NCBI RefSeq assembly: GCF_009914755.1
Contig: NC_060934.1
DNA from: the human T2T-CHM13v2.0 reference genome, Homo sapiens
Direction: 5' to 3' (one strand)
DNA length: 64,000 bases
This document shows positions 34,384 to 47,439 of this stretch, one piece after another; positions within the stretch are counted from its first letter, which is position 1, and each line of letters starts with the position of its first letter. A model generated the notes under the pieces. It was given only the letters and a program-made list of their open reading frames with translations, ran no database searches and was not told the origin of the DNA. A program made the position numbers and the translations under genes.

Positions 34384-34862
34384 TGTGTTAGATTCTTATT
34401 GCTGCTGAAAAATAAATTACCACAAATTCCATATTTTAAAACAGCACAAATTTATTTTCTTATTGCTTTGGAGGTCAAAAGTGGGAAATGAATATTATAG
34501 GGCTCAAATCAAGGTGCTGGCAAGGCTGCTTTCCTCTAGAGGCTCTAGGAGAGAAATCATTTCTTTCCTTTTCCATCTTCTAGAAGCTGCCCACATTCCT
34601 TGGTTCATGGCTCACATCTAGCAGTCGTATCACTCCAACCAACCACTTCTTTTGTAGTCACATCTTTGACCCCTCTATCTCCCTCGTTCCTTTATAAGGA
34701 CCCTTGTTATTACACTGGGCCTACCCAGTTAATTCAGGAATATTTTCCCCTTTCAAAGTCCTTAACATAATCATATCTGCAAACCCCTTTTGCCATATAA
34801 GGTAACATATTCATCAGTTCCAGGGAGTCAAGATTTGAGAGCTATTATTCTCCCTAATGTAC
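34384..34862 (-). mobile_element. MLT1D-like solo LTR
   Basis: tgtgttag...aaattaccacaaa...aatcaaggtgctggcaaggctg...taaggacccttgttattacactgggcc...gccatataaggtaacatattca. Confidence 0.85.
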
Positions 34863-36244
34863 CAATCAAACCCAAATCCAAAGATTCTCCTGGCAGTGGA
34901 CTACAATAAAATACAAAAACGTGAATGGATGAATGTTATGCACATCATTATATGACAGATTCTCTCAAGTTATAATTTCTTTTTTATTCAGTGCTTTCAC
35001 TTTAGTAAATGCTGAATTTTGTGATGATGACGATGAAGTAAAAGCAGAAGCAGCAGAAGAAATTAAGTATGTGATCTACAGATAAACAGTCATAAGTAAA
35101 CCTTTTATTTTTATCCTGGAATGATTTTGAAGTTAACCTGTCCATGTTATTCTTTTCTGTTACATTACACAAGTCACTATATTAACATGTCAATAAAGGA
35201 TCCGAAATGGATTTACTAGTACCATAACAAATTTGATCCAATTAAAATATATTTCTTCTAAATTTTTGAAATTCAAACTACATAAATTTCAGCCACTCTC
35301 TGACCTTTAGCAAAATGTTCTATACTCACAACATCTTTCTCAGCTGGCAAGAAGCAAGCTCATATATTTCACCACTGGAGAAACTGAAACACATTTAAAG
35401 AGAAAAATAGCTTATTTTGGTTGCTGACAGAGTCAGAAATACACCAGTGTGACATTTTATTGAATTTACTGAAGTACATGTTACCTACAACATGCAGATG
35501 GTAGGTTCAAAACATTCTCATCTAAAGTGACAGGAATAGAGTTAAGAAATGCAAAAGTAAACTCTCAAAGTATATCACAGTATTGAGGCAGGCTGACCCA
35601 GAAGACACCTTTTCCTCTGGTTCTTGTCTAAGATCAGATGATCTGGAGTTCACTGGCTATGTTTTTTCGCTCTCCTATATATCAAGTTAATAAGTTTAGT
35701 ATTGTATCATTTTTCTCTCCCTTAACTGAAGTAATTCTTTTCCAACATAAATAAGACAGGATAGGAATGGAGTTCAGAATCTGAGATGTCAATATCCTGA
35801 CCACAAGGCCACCTGCCTCAATGCTTTGTGCTCACACTGCCCGAAATAAAAATAAAGATATACTACCTATTGATGTCAGAAGATAATTCAGAGTAGTACA
35901 CAGACCAATATAGGAGATATTGGTTATTTTCTCTTCGCGTTAAGATCAAGAAACAATTTTATTTGCCTTGCATGCTGTGGAAGATTTTAGGTTTTCCAAT
36001 TGCCTTTTTAAACTTCAACTATTCTTCTGTGTTTTACCTTTCTTTCTTGGCTGTCTGTACTTAGACATTAAAAACCTGAAACTTTACTACTTTCTAATTA
36101 CTTAGATGAGTAAGTCAAACTTACCAGACACTCCATGATATTTCTCATATGATTTACATTAAATACAAAACCAAACTTAAATTTGTGTGTTTGTTTTTCT
36201 TATGTTAATTATTCTTAGTTTATAGCAATAGTAATATATCAATA

Positions 36245-36570
36245 ATTTTTAAACTGCTTTATTGAGGTATGATTGAAATACAAAATGATGTAGGTATTTA
36301 GTGTATACAACTTGATGTGCTTGGCAATAAATATACATTTGTTAAGCCATCATCACATTCAATGCTATAAACGTATCCATCACTGCTAAAAGGTTCTCTC
36401 CAACTCCTTTGGTTTTGCTTGTCTGTTTGTTTTGTTTTTACTTTCACAGTGTAAATCCTTAACATAAAATTTACCCCCTTAGCAAATTATCAAGTAAGCA
36501 ATATAGAATTTTCAATTATAGGTTCTATGTCATACAATAAATCACTAGAATTTATTTATCTTGCATACCT
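36245..36570 (-). mobile_element. L1MA (8/9-like) 3' end
   Basis: gctttattgaggtatgattg...gtatacaacttgatg...cttaacataaaatttacccccttagcaaatt. Confidence 0.75.
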
Positions 36571-37266
36571 AATTTACAATTCATTTACTAAGTTTATTTC
36601 TCCAAATAACAAAGTCTCCTATTTTTAGGAATTCACTCAGTTCAATTTAAAGAATATTGGTTTAAATGTTAGCATGCACAAGACATTATTCTTTTAACTT
36701 AGATATTACCATTAGTGCAACTCAACTGAATACTTCCTATCTGTTCTTAAATATGGTGGAGAATATAGGCGAAAAAGTAAATATAATCATTGACTTAAAA
36801 TACCTACAACCATGGTAAATTAATAATGTATTCACATGTGAAACTCAAAGTCTTTGTAAGGGTTTTGGACATGTAAAATCTATAAAATTTGGGGCATTCC
36901 ATGTATTTCTATTTGTATTTCAAGAAACAGGGAAGATCCTGGCTGATACCTGACTTTTTATAATAATTATTAATATTTAGCGTTTACTTTGAGCTGATCT
37001 CTAGAAACTCACATGTTGGCCATTAGCTCATTTATTTCTGAGATGAAAATTTATATTCTGATAGCTTTGTCTCTGCTTTTGGCCACCTGCACTCTTTTAT
37101 GTCCATTCTTCTTCAAAAATAGGAAAATATTAAAGACAGGTGTAATTCTAAAATCCAAATCATTACAAGGAAAACGAGTATCTTTGATAAGAAGGGCTGG
37201 AATACATATTCAAAGTATCTTAAGTGGTTGTGTGCTATACCACATAATAAATGGGAAAGAAGTTCA

Positions 37267-37953
37267 CAATCATGCCTCCTTTAACAAGAGGGATGCATTG
37301 TGAGAAATATGTTAATAGATGGTATCACTGTTGTGCCTTCATCATACAGTTTATTTTCACAAATCTAGATAGTGTAGACCAGGGGTCCCCAATCCCCAGG
37401 CTGCAGATGTCCCTGGCTTGTTACGAATTTGGCTGCACAGCAGGAGGCGAGCCGCCTGCAAGAGAGCATTTCCACCTGAGATCCACCTCCTGTCAGATCA
37501 GTGGCAGCATTAGATTCTCACTGGAGTCGGAACCCAGTTGTGAACTGTGCATGCGATGGATTTAGGTTGCATGCTCTTTATGAGAATCCGAATAACGCCT
37601 GATGATCTGAGGTGAAGCAGTTTCATCCCAAAACCATTCCCCACACCTCCCATCCATGGAAAAATTGTCTTCCAGAAAAACTGTTCCCTGGTGCCAAAAA
37701 GGTTGAGGACTGCTGATATAGATTACTACACACTCAGGCATACACCTATGGTATGCCTTCAAGGCTAATAATGTGTATAGCATATTTCTATATTGAATAA
37801 TGTAGGCAATTATAACACAAAGATAGTTGTGTATCTAAACATATCTACCAATAGAAAAGGTAGGGTAAAATATGGTATTATACTCTTATGGAACCACTAT
37901 CATATATTCAGTGTATCATTGACTGAAATGTGATTATGCACTGCATGACTGTA
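37267..37953. mobile_element. Tigger3a/MER7A-like Tc-Mariner MITE, split by MER1B
   Basis: Ends caatcatgc... and ...gcatgactgta; internal gtatctaaacatatcta, cttatggaaccactatcatata. Confidence 0.8.
37380..37715. mobile_element. MER1B (hAT-Charlie)
   Basis: TIRs caggggtccccaa... / ...ggttgaggactgctg; degenerate 8-bp TSD gtgtagac / atatagat. Confidence 0.9.
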
Positions 37954-37974
37954 GTTCTCAATACACACACTTGA

Positions 37975-38525
<551 letters not shown>

Positions 38526-38987
38526 AGAGCTTCCTCTTTAAAAGGCTCTTTGTGTATGTGTTTGCATGTAGGTGTGTTTATGTAAAACAAATTATAACAT
38601 AAGTTACGCTATTCCCTTCTGTGACAAATGCAAGTGCCAGAATCTCCCAGACTCAACACTTACTGAGATTTCCTTCTACTGAATTAATCAAAACAAGATC
38701 TCATGAGTTTTCAAATAGTTTGCACCTGTGCTTTGTTACATGTGATTTTATGTTTATTTGGGAAACAAAAAGACCTAATCAGAGGGAACTGAGAAGCCCA
38801 TAAAACTGGCTAATTCAGACAAGACAGAGAAACAGTATAGAGGGAAAGTTATTTAAGAATAATCCATAGTTTACATATTTGTATCATTAGAACTAGAAGA
38901 GAGTATTAGCAAATTTATCTTATTACTTAGTATTGTGTCACATGGATTGCCACTGTCCCCTCAGATGAAATGTATTAAGAAAGATGA

Positions 38988-39272
38988 GGCCGGGCACGGT
39001 GGCTCACGCCTGTAATCCCAGTACTTTGGGAGGTCGAGGCGGGCGGATCACGAGGTCAGGAGATCTAGACCATCCTGGCTAACACGGTGAAACCCCGTCT
39101 CTACTAAAAATACAAAAAATTCGCCAGGCGTGGTGGCGGGCACCTGTAGTCCCAGCTACTCGGGAGGCTGAGGCAAGAGAATGGCGTGAACCCGGGAGGC
39201 AGAGCTTTCAGTGAGCTGAGATCGCCACTGCAATCCAGCCTGTGCGACAGAGACTCCGTCTCAAAAAAAACA
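38988..39272 (+). mobile_element. AluY
   Basis: accatcctggctaacacggtg, gagaatggcgtgaacccgggaggc; TSD aagaaagat(g/t)a. Confidence 0.96.
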
Positions 39273-39589
39273 AAGAAAGATTAATGTCCTGTTCTTATTT
39301 TCTAGAAAACTTTTTTTCTGAGAGTCTCTGTAATATATCAGTCTAGTCTGAATCATAATTTAACCAGTAAATCAAATACAGTAAAGCAAAGATGGCCAGG
39401 TGAGAGTTTTGTATATTAAGCACTTCGCACACAAGCCTAGAACACAGTAAATGCTTTATGCCTGTTCAAAGTGTGAATGACAAGGACTGAAAGAGGCAAG
39501 TTCTGGAGAAATCCAATGCTACAAATACAAGATAGGTATCTGATATATCAAATATTGCTTATAAACAAAAAAGAAGTAAAGAATAGAAA

Positions 39590-39790
39590 TATAATTATTA
39601 ATGATAGTTGTTTATTAAATACTCCTATCCAGCAACAGTGTGTTACATACAGGATTTCATTAATTCCTCCCTACTGCCCCATGAGTGCATGCTTTCATCT
39701 CCATTTAAGAGATGAGAAAACTGAACCATAACAGTTACAAATTTGCCAAATCTCACACAGCTTCCCAGGACGCATGTTGTAATCACTGTG
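39590..39790. mobile_element. MIR
   Basis: ctccatttaagagatgagaaaactga...tttgccaaatctcacacagct. Confidence 0.7.
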
Positions 39791-40297
39791 GTATGCCAAA
39801 CCAGAATAGCAACAAAAGCAAATGCAAATTACCAGGTGGACTGAAATTCACAAAGAACTTGCCATTACTGTAGTGAGTTATAGTTTATGTAGATAACTAA
39901 GAAAATTGCCTGATATCTAGTATTGAAGTTATATAAACTTGACCAACCTTCTTCCGGATTAAACTATAATCCTGGGATACTAAAATAGGAAAACAAGAAA
40001 TAAATATTTAATATAGGTTTTTCTCTGCATTGGTTGAAACAGAAGTAACTTCCCTTCTAATATATGTTCAAAGTATACAAATAGAATAATAGTAATACAG
40101 AGCACCATCATTTTAATAAGTATTAGGGTACCTTCCATTACATAACTTAATATTTACCTGGGAGCATAAGGCTTATTCAGTAAGTAATAATTGCCTGATT
40201 TAGTGACAAGAAGTACTGTTTTGTATTTGTAATCTATTATGTATGGTTATAACATTTCACATAAATATCTCAATCCATGATATATCCACAAACTAAC

Positions 40298-40515
40298 TGT
40301 AGTAGTGTGGTTAATATCACTGCTCTATAGGGTTTGAATATTTTCTTCACATAGTGTTATAACCTAAAACTCCCTGGACCTCAGGTTTTACAAAGTGAAG
40401 AAAATACTAGTGTAAATTTCACAGGTTGTTTGAGAGAATTATATGGATTTCAATAGTCAAAGTTCATATAAAAGCATCTGGCATATAATAAGCACCAAAC
40501 AAGTCTTAACTATTG
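40298..40515. mobile_element. MIR
   Basis: gtagtgtggttaa...cctcaggtttt...cacaggttgtttgagagaatta...ctggcatataataagcac. Confidence 0.65.
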
Positions 40516-41246
40516 TATCATCTGTATCCCAAATTCAAGTAAAAATAACATATAGCATAGCACACTATAATGGAGGTCTCTTCCATCATACCAATGTTAA
40601 CAGTAAGGATTTAAAATAGGTGAGGATTGGTGTAGTCACAAAATATTTTCTCAGTAAAGAAATGTTAATATATTTTTTCTTCAATTTTTCAACCGCTAAA
40701 GATGGAGGAGAAAAATCATAATTTACAAATTGGTCTTAATAAGGAATTTTAGAAATTTAGAACATAATCTGTATTTCATATTCATTTTTTCAACTTATTT
40801 GATGTATGAATATTTATTTTAATTTTTGCTTTTTACTTTGAACCAACTCCAATCTTTTGTAAGAATAGGACAGGTATGTTTTAAGTATTTTATATTAAAA
40901 TGTACTATATTTTGATCAAATATATCAGCCAAATTCAGAAAGTACTTACCCTGTATTCCACTCCATAGAGTGTCCAAATGTTTTGTAATGCATATCTCCA
41001 TCTGATGAATTGGGAACATGACAACACATTTTAACAACCAAATTATACTCACTGGCTTGCCAAAACATCCTAGTGAAGTCCTGCCAGTGAGTCAAATCAG
41101 AGATTTTGTAGATACATAGGTAGGTAGATGGATAAGAAGACAGACAGATAGATTAGTGTATATGGAGATATTGATAGGTATATAAGTATATGAATACATG
41201 TATGTACTTTCTATTATAGAGCTGGTTGGGGGTGTATGCAAGTGAC

Positions 41247-42430
41247 TTTTTTTTTAAGTTCTTGGGTACATGTGCAGGATGTTCAGGTTTGTTGCATAGG
41301 TAAACCTGTTCCATGGTGGTTTGCTGCACCTATCAACCCATCACCTAGGTATTAAGCCTGGCATGCATTAGCTATTATTCTTGATGCTCTCTCCCATCCC
41401 GCCCTCCCCCAACAGGACCCAGTGCATATTTTTCCCCTTTCTGTGTCCAGTTGTTCTCATTGTTTAGCTCCCACTTATACATGAGAACATGTGGTGTTTG
41501 GTTTTCTAACCCTGTGTTAGGATGCTGAGGATAATGGCTTCCAGCTTAATCCATGTACCTGCAAAGGACATGATCTCATTTCTTTTTATGGCTGCATAGT
41601 ATTCCATAGTGTACATGTGCCATATTTTTAAATCCAGTCTATTGTTAATGGGCATTTGGGTTGATTCCATGTCTTTGCCATTGTGAATTGTGCTGCAATG
41701 AACACACATGTGTGTATATCTTTATAACAGAATGATTTATATTCCTTTGGATATATACCCAGTAATGGGATTGCTGGGTCAAATGATATTTCTAGTAATA
41801 AATCTTTGAGGAATCACCACACTGTCTTCCACAATGGTCAAACTAATTTACTTACATTTCCACCAATGGTATAAAAGTGTTCCTATTTCTCCACAACCTC
41901 ACCAGCATCTGTTATTTCTTAACTTCTTAATAGTAGCCATTCTGACTGATGTGAGATGGTATCTCATTGTCGCTTTCATTTACATTTCTCTAATGATTAG
42001 TGATGTTGAGCTTTTTTCTTATGTTTGTTGGCCACATGTATGCCTTCTTTTGAGTAGTGTCTGTTCATGTGCTTTGCCTACTTTTTAATGTGGTTGGTTT
42101 TTTTGTTGTTGTTGTAAATTTGTTTAAGTTCATTATAGATTCTGGAATTAGACCTTTACTATTTATTACTGCCTCCATTTCAGAACTTGTTATTGGTCTA
42201 TTCAGGGATTCAACTTCCTCCTGGTTCAATCTTGGGAGGATGTATATGTCCAGGAATTTATCCATTTCTTTCTAGATTTTCTAGTTTATTTGCATAAAGG
42301 TGTTTATAATATTCGCTGATGCTTGTTTGTATTTTTGTGGGATCAGTGATAGTATCCTTCTTATCATTTCTGAAAGTGTTTATTTGAATCTTCTCTCTTT
42401 TCTTCTTTATTAGTCTAACTACTGGTCTAT
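41247..42430 (-). mobile_element. L1PA8-10-like, 5'-truncated, with ~1.75 kb internal deletion at ~42158
   Basis: 3'UTR gtgcaggatgttcaggtttgttgcataggtaaac...tcacctaggtattaagcc. The junction joins two distant ORF2 regions. Degenerate TSD tatg(c/tt)aagtgac. Confidence 0.92.
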
Positions 42431-42708
42431 GTTAAGTGACAGTTTAAAAAACTTTTGTTTTTATTATTATTTATTTTTAAGCAAGTCTTTTGTTTATCTT
42501 TTTCCGTGAATTTTAATTAAGCTGTCTTTGGTCATTTCACCTTGGACGTGCTGTTAAGACATCACATTCATCATTTGGCTTTTTTTAGGAGCACTACAGT
42601 CCCAAATTTTCAAATGCATATGTTTTTCACAGTTTTTTTTCTTTTTTTTTTGTGACAAATAGCAAACATGTTTCCTTTAGATTCGGAATAGAAGACCCAC
42701 CTGAAATT

Positions 42709-42709
<1 letters not shown>

Positions 42710-42755
<46 letters not shown>
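42710..42755. repeat. (CA)n microsatellite
   Basis: Directly visible. Confidence 0.97.
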
Positions 42756-42757
<2 letters not shown>

Positions 42758-43223
42758 TTCTAGAAACAACAATTAAATAACAATTAGTTAAAACAATTAG
42801 TTAAATGTCCATTAAATAACCATTAAGAATATATGTAGGTGAGCTTATGATAACAGTAAAACCAGAAGTCAACAATATTTTACAAGGAATGTAACAGAAC
42901 TTGTCCATTCATACATGAAAGTACCACAGCACCACATTTCTAGCTATGAGTGTACCATTTCCTGCGCCTTCCTCCCATTTTATAGCTCAATACAGCACTC
43001 ACGTAAGGCTCTCTTTCTCCATGAGATGCTATTTTAAATGCTTCCAACAAAGATCATACTAAACAGAAATGAAATCTCAAATTAAGTACTTGTTTAAACA
43101 CCTCTTTATTTAACTTTTCAGAAATGGTAAAGGCCTTGCTCTTGTTTAGAGCATTTTAATTTCATGTTAATTACCTTGAAAAGCTTTCATTTCAAGCAAA
43201 GTTTCATTTGCTTACAGAAATTT

Positions 43224-43850
43224 TTCTCATTGTTCATTTCCCACCTATGAGTGAGAACATGCGGTGTTTGGTTTTTTGTCCTTGCAATAGTTTGCTGAGA
43301 ATGATGGTTTCCAGCTTCATCCATGTCCCTACAAAGGACATGAACTCATCTTTTATGGCTGCATAGTATTCCATGGTGTATATGTGCCACATTTTCTTAA
43401 TCCAGTCTATCATTGTTGGACATTTGCGTTGGTTCCAAGTCTTTGCTATTTTGAATAGTGCCGCAATAAACATACGTGTGCATGTGTCTTTATAGCAGCA
43501 TGATTTATAATCCTTTGGGTATATACCCAGTAATGGGATGGCTGGGTCAAATGGTATTTCTAGTTCTAGATCCCTGAGGAATCGACACACTGACTTCCAC
43601 AATGATTGAACTAGTTTACAGTCCCACCAACAAACAGGGACACAGGAAGGGGAACATCACACACCGGGGACTGTTGTGGGGTGGAGGGATGGGGGAGGGA
43701 TAGCATTAGGAGATATACCTAATGCTAAATGACGAGTTAATGGGTGCAGCACACCAATATGGCACATGTATACATATGTAACTAACCTGCACGTTGTGCA
43801 CATGTACCCTAAAAATTAAAGTATAATAATAATAAAATTTTTTTAAAAAA
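43224..43850 (+). mobile_element. Short L1PA3/4-like insertion with 5' inversion (inverted ~43224-43632, sense ~43633-43850)
   Basis: Antisense ORF2 end (ORF 43234..43602) joined to the sense distal 3'UTR and A-tail; degenerate TSD ag(a/t)aat(n)ct. Confidence 0.93.
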
Positions 43851-44687
43851 GTAATTTTTTTTTCTGTTGCCCTTTGATTGATAGCATGAGTATTTATTTT
43901 ACCCAATGCATTGTTAACTCCAAAGCTGTTTTCATTGTCCGCTGTTTTGGATTCATTTGCAATCTTCCTAGGGATTGAAAATGTTTCTATTGTATTATGT
44001 GCAGATTTAGTCTAAATTTGTTTAAAGTCACCTCTGTTTGCCTCTCAATACTCTTACCCACCACCCCCTGCTCCACTGACTTTCTCCTCATTCCCTCTCT
44101 GAACATTTGTTCTGGTAACAAGATTTGTCAAATGTTTTTGTTTAAGGAAGGAAGAGAAAACGTTCTTTTGAGTGATTTTGAGCAAGGGTCTGAAAATGAC
44201 TTGTCTGAGTCTTACATTTTTAGTAAGATAACAACAAAGGATAGGATAGTGAAAAATAAAATAAGTAGCAGCAACTATCTTGTACCTTAAACACAAGTAC
44301 TTTATCAAAGTCAATAGAGAATTAAATTTTCATGCATATCTACATATTATAAAACATACATATTTTGCATATTTTAGATGTTTTTAGCTTTATTTCAAAT
44401 TTTCCTTTTTTAAAAAATTTGTTTTGACTTCTTAAAATAATTCTATATACTTTTAAAATATACCTCTATTTTTTTCTCATGTTTTAAACATGTACTGATT
44501 TATGCAGAAGTGTGAGTGTGTGTGTGACAAATGACCTGAATTTGCCAATGGATTTTTTTCACTTACTTATGAGATAGGCAAATATTTAATTGATTTCCAC
44601 TTTTATTACATTCACTCTTCCATTTCCCAGTCATCTTCCAGCATCTGTCTTAGTTGCCCACTCTGAACACACTTCTTTGAAAATAAC

Positions 44688-44915
44688 AGCAGCGAAAGGA
44701 ACTACCACTTATTTAGATCTTGCTTTATGCTAACCACTATTCTAAGTGCCTAAGTACCACCATATAAAATCCATACTGTTATTGTTTTCTTGTTTTACAG
44801 GTGGAACAATGAGGTGAATAGATTTAGTAACTTGCCTAAAGTCATACACCTCATAGTTAGAAAAATTGATATTGAAATCAACAAAGCCTGCTTCCAGAGT
44901 TCATGTTCTATAACT
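44688..44915. mobile_element. MIR
   Basis: ttttacaggtggaacaatgagg...agtaacttgcctaaagtcatac. Confidence 0.7.
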
Positions 44916-46032
44916 TGTATAAACATCTCCAATTTTATCATTCATTTTAGCTACTGATCCAGCATTTATCACTTAATTTATGCTCTTTATTTTCATTAAG
45001 ATTGTTCTTCTGTCCAATCAAAAGTCTATTCTCTCAGAAATTATTTTCCTCAGTCAACTAACAAAATTTATGAAGTATAAACTTTAATATGATTTTTTTG
45101 AATTCTTTTCTTCTTGAAATTAATATATGGCTTTTTCCTGTCAAATGAGAAGTTTATCCCATTTTAAATTGGTATGAGAGCTTCTTTAATGATACTGTTC
45201 TTAGATGTAACTTGTATAACACAAATACATCGTGTTTAATTCTTTGTGTGTTTGTAGTTTTCCTGACTTTTTTTTTATTAAGTAGATAATTGGAAAAATA
45301 TTTGTAAAATAGCACTAAAAAACACTGACATGAAACTTATTAAGATATTAAGTGCACAAGGATACATAGAACATGGATCTAATTCATGTTGCTTTTATAT
45401 ATTAGCTTTGATTTTTTTTCTTCGTGCGCAGGTGAAGAAGAGATTTAAAATATTGTTCTTTCTGTTAAGTCTCAACAATATATGCCTTTAAATAATCTCT
45501 CAGGAAGCCATTTCTTGTATAGTTTGTGCCTGGTGGCACTGCAATAACTTTACAAGTGTTAAGTAGTAAAAATGGTCCTTTTCTCTATTGCCATCAAACA
45601 CTCACTTTTTTACTACGCCATTTTCACATCAGTGTTCTTACTAAGGCTAACAGCAGAGAAAATTTTGTCCTCAGTTTTTGCATTATATTTTAAGTTTTTA
45701 AATTCTTGTTGCTTTCTTTTCTGTTCATGCCATTGACTCACCTCAATAAGATTCCAAGAAAGCTCATAGGGAATAATGATTAATTATTGTCTTAGAGTTC
45801 TATAGCTCCCATGTTATGAACACTACTAAGACTGAGAGGAATCAAGTGCTTACAGACTATATGCAGATGAAGATAAACTTAAAGCATCTTCATCACCCAT
45901 AGTTGCAGCTACAGTGGCTGTAGAGAGGGATATTCCTTGGAATGAATGGGAGAAAATCCATGAAACATCTCTATTAAAAATTATGAAAGCGAGGTCAGAC
46001 AAGTAAACATATAAGTAATCATCTGAACCTCA

Positions 46033-46254
<222 letters not shown>

Positions 46255-47439
46255 TTATGGACCTTATAGGATGGTGAGTATACTTTGCCTTCATTCTTTG
46301 GTCTCTAGTAGGTACCCAAAAAATGTTTATAAAGTGAATGGATGTAAAGAACTTACATAAATACTGAGAAAGCCTCATCCAGATACCCTGTATCATTATT
46401 CAAAGAAAAGATTTGTGGTAATATCAAAGGAGAGAGAGCTGTGTTCATGAACATTTTGGGAAATTTTGGTCTTTTTTTTTTTTTTCTCAGTGAGTGAAGT
46501 TATACCCATAAAGCCATTTTTGCCTTTTTGGAAGATAGTGAAGCTATCTATAAAAAGTCATATTATCTATACCTGTATATTGTCTATTTCTCTGCCTCTT
46601 CTTTTTACTTTTGTTTTCCTTTCTCTCAACTAAGAATTCATGTAGTGGTTTTAAGCAGTAATGACTATAAGAGTCAGTAGAAAACTTCTCTTAATGCCTG
46701 CTCTTCATTATAAAGAGAACCCAATTTCCAAATAATTATTTCCAAATATATCCAGACTCTACAAGAATCTGACCCCTAAGTCAGAACAATTTTTAAAAAG
46801 TAAAGGTCTTAAACTCTCAAAATTATCTCAAGCAGTGGACATGTGCACTTATCATGGAGTACTAAAGATGTGATGACATCTGACGCTGTTATCGACTCTG
46901 AAAAACATTGGCTTCACTTTATCTCTCTGATAAAGCAAATATCCTCAACCCATAATGAGGTTTGGAGGAAAACAAATACCAAATGAAGGTCTTGCTGAAG
47001 ATCCTTTCCTGAAAATCCTAAAATTTGAGTTGAAAATGAAAGCAATAAATCATACTAAGACAGAAAACTGAAACGTGCAGGTTTAGACTCTAGAAAAGAA
47101 TTGAGTACTTGGAAATATGTCTTCCCCTTTTTGAGCAGAAATGTACCAAAACGATCCCGGAGCTGATCTATTAGAAAAACAAAAATCTGAAATTATTTTT
47201 ATTTTGATCCCTTGATTGATGTAGTTTATTTTTTCCCAATGTCATGATCCTTGCCCAATTAATTGACCATGTATCCTAATTTTAATTATGTTAAATATGG
47301 AAATCATACTCTATCCCAGAGATATGTCACAAAACTCCTCTAAACTAAAAAACACCAAGACAGTGTTTTGGGAAACTGCCTCTCCCATTTCTGTATGATT
47401 TCTTCTGAGACATTTTAATTTCATATGCAAAAACCACCA

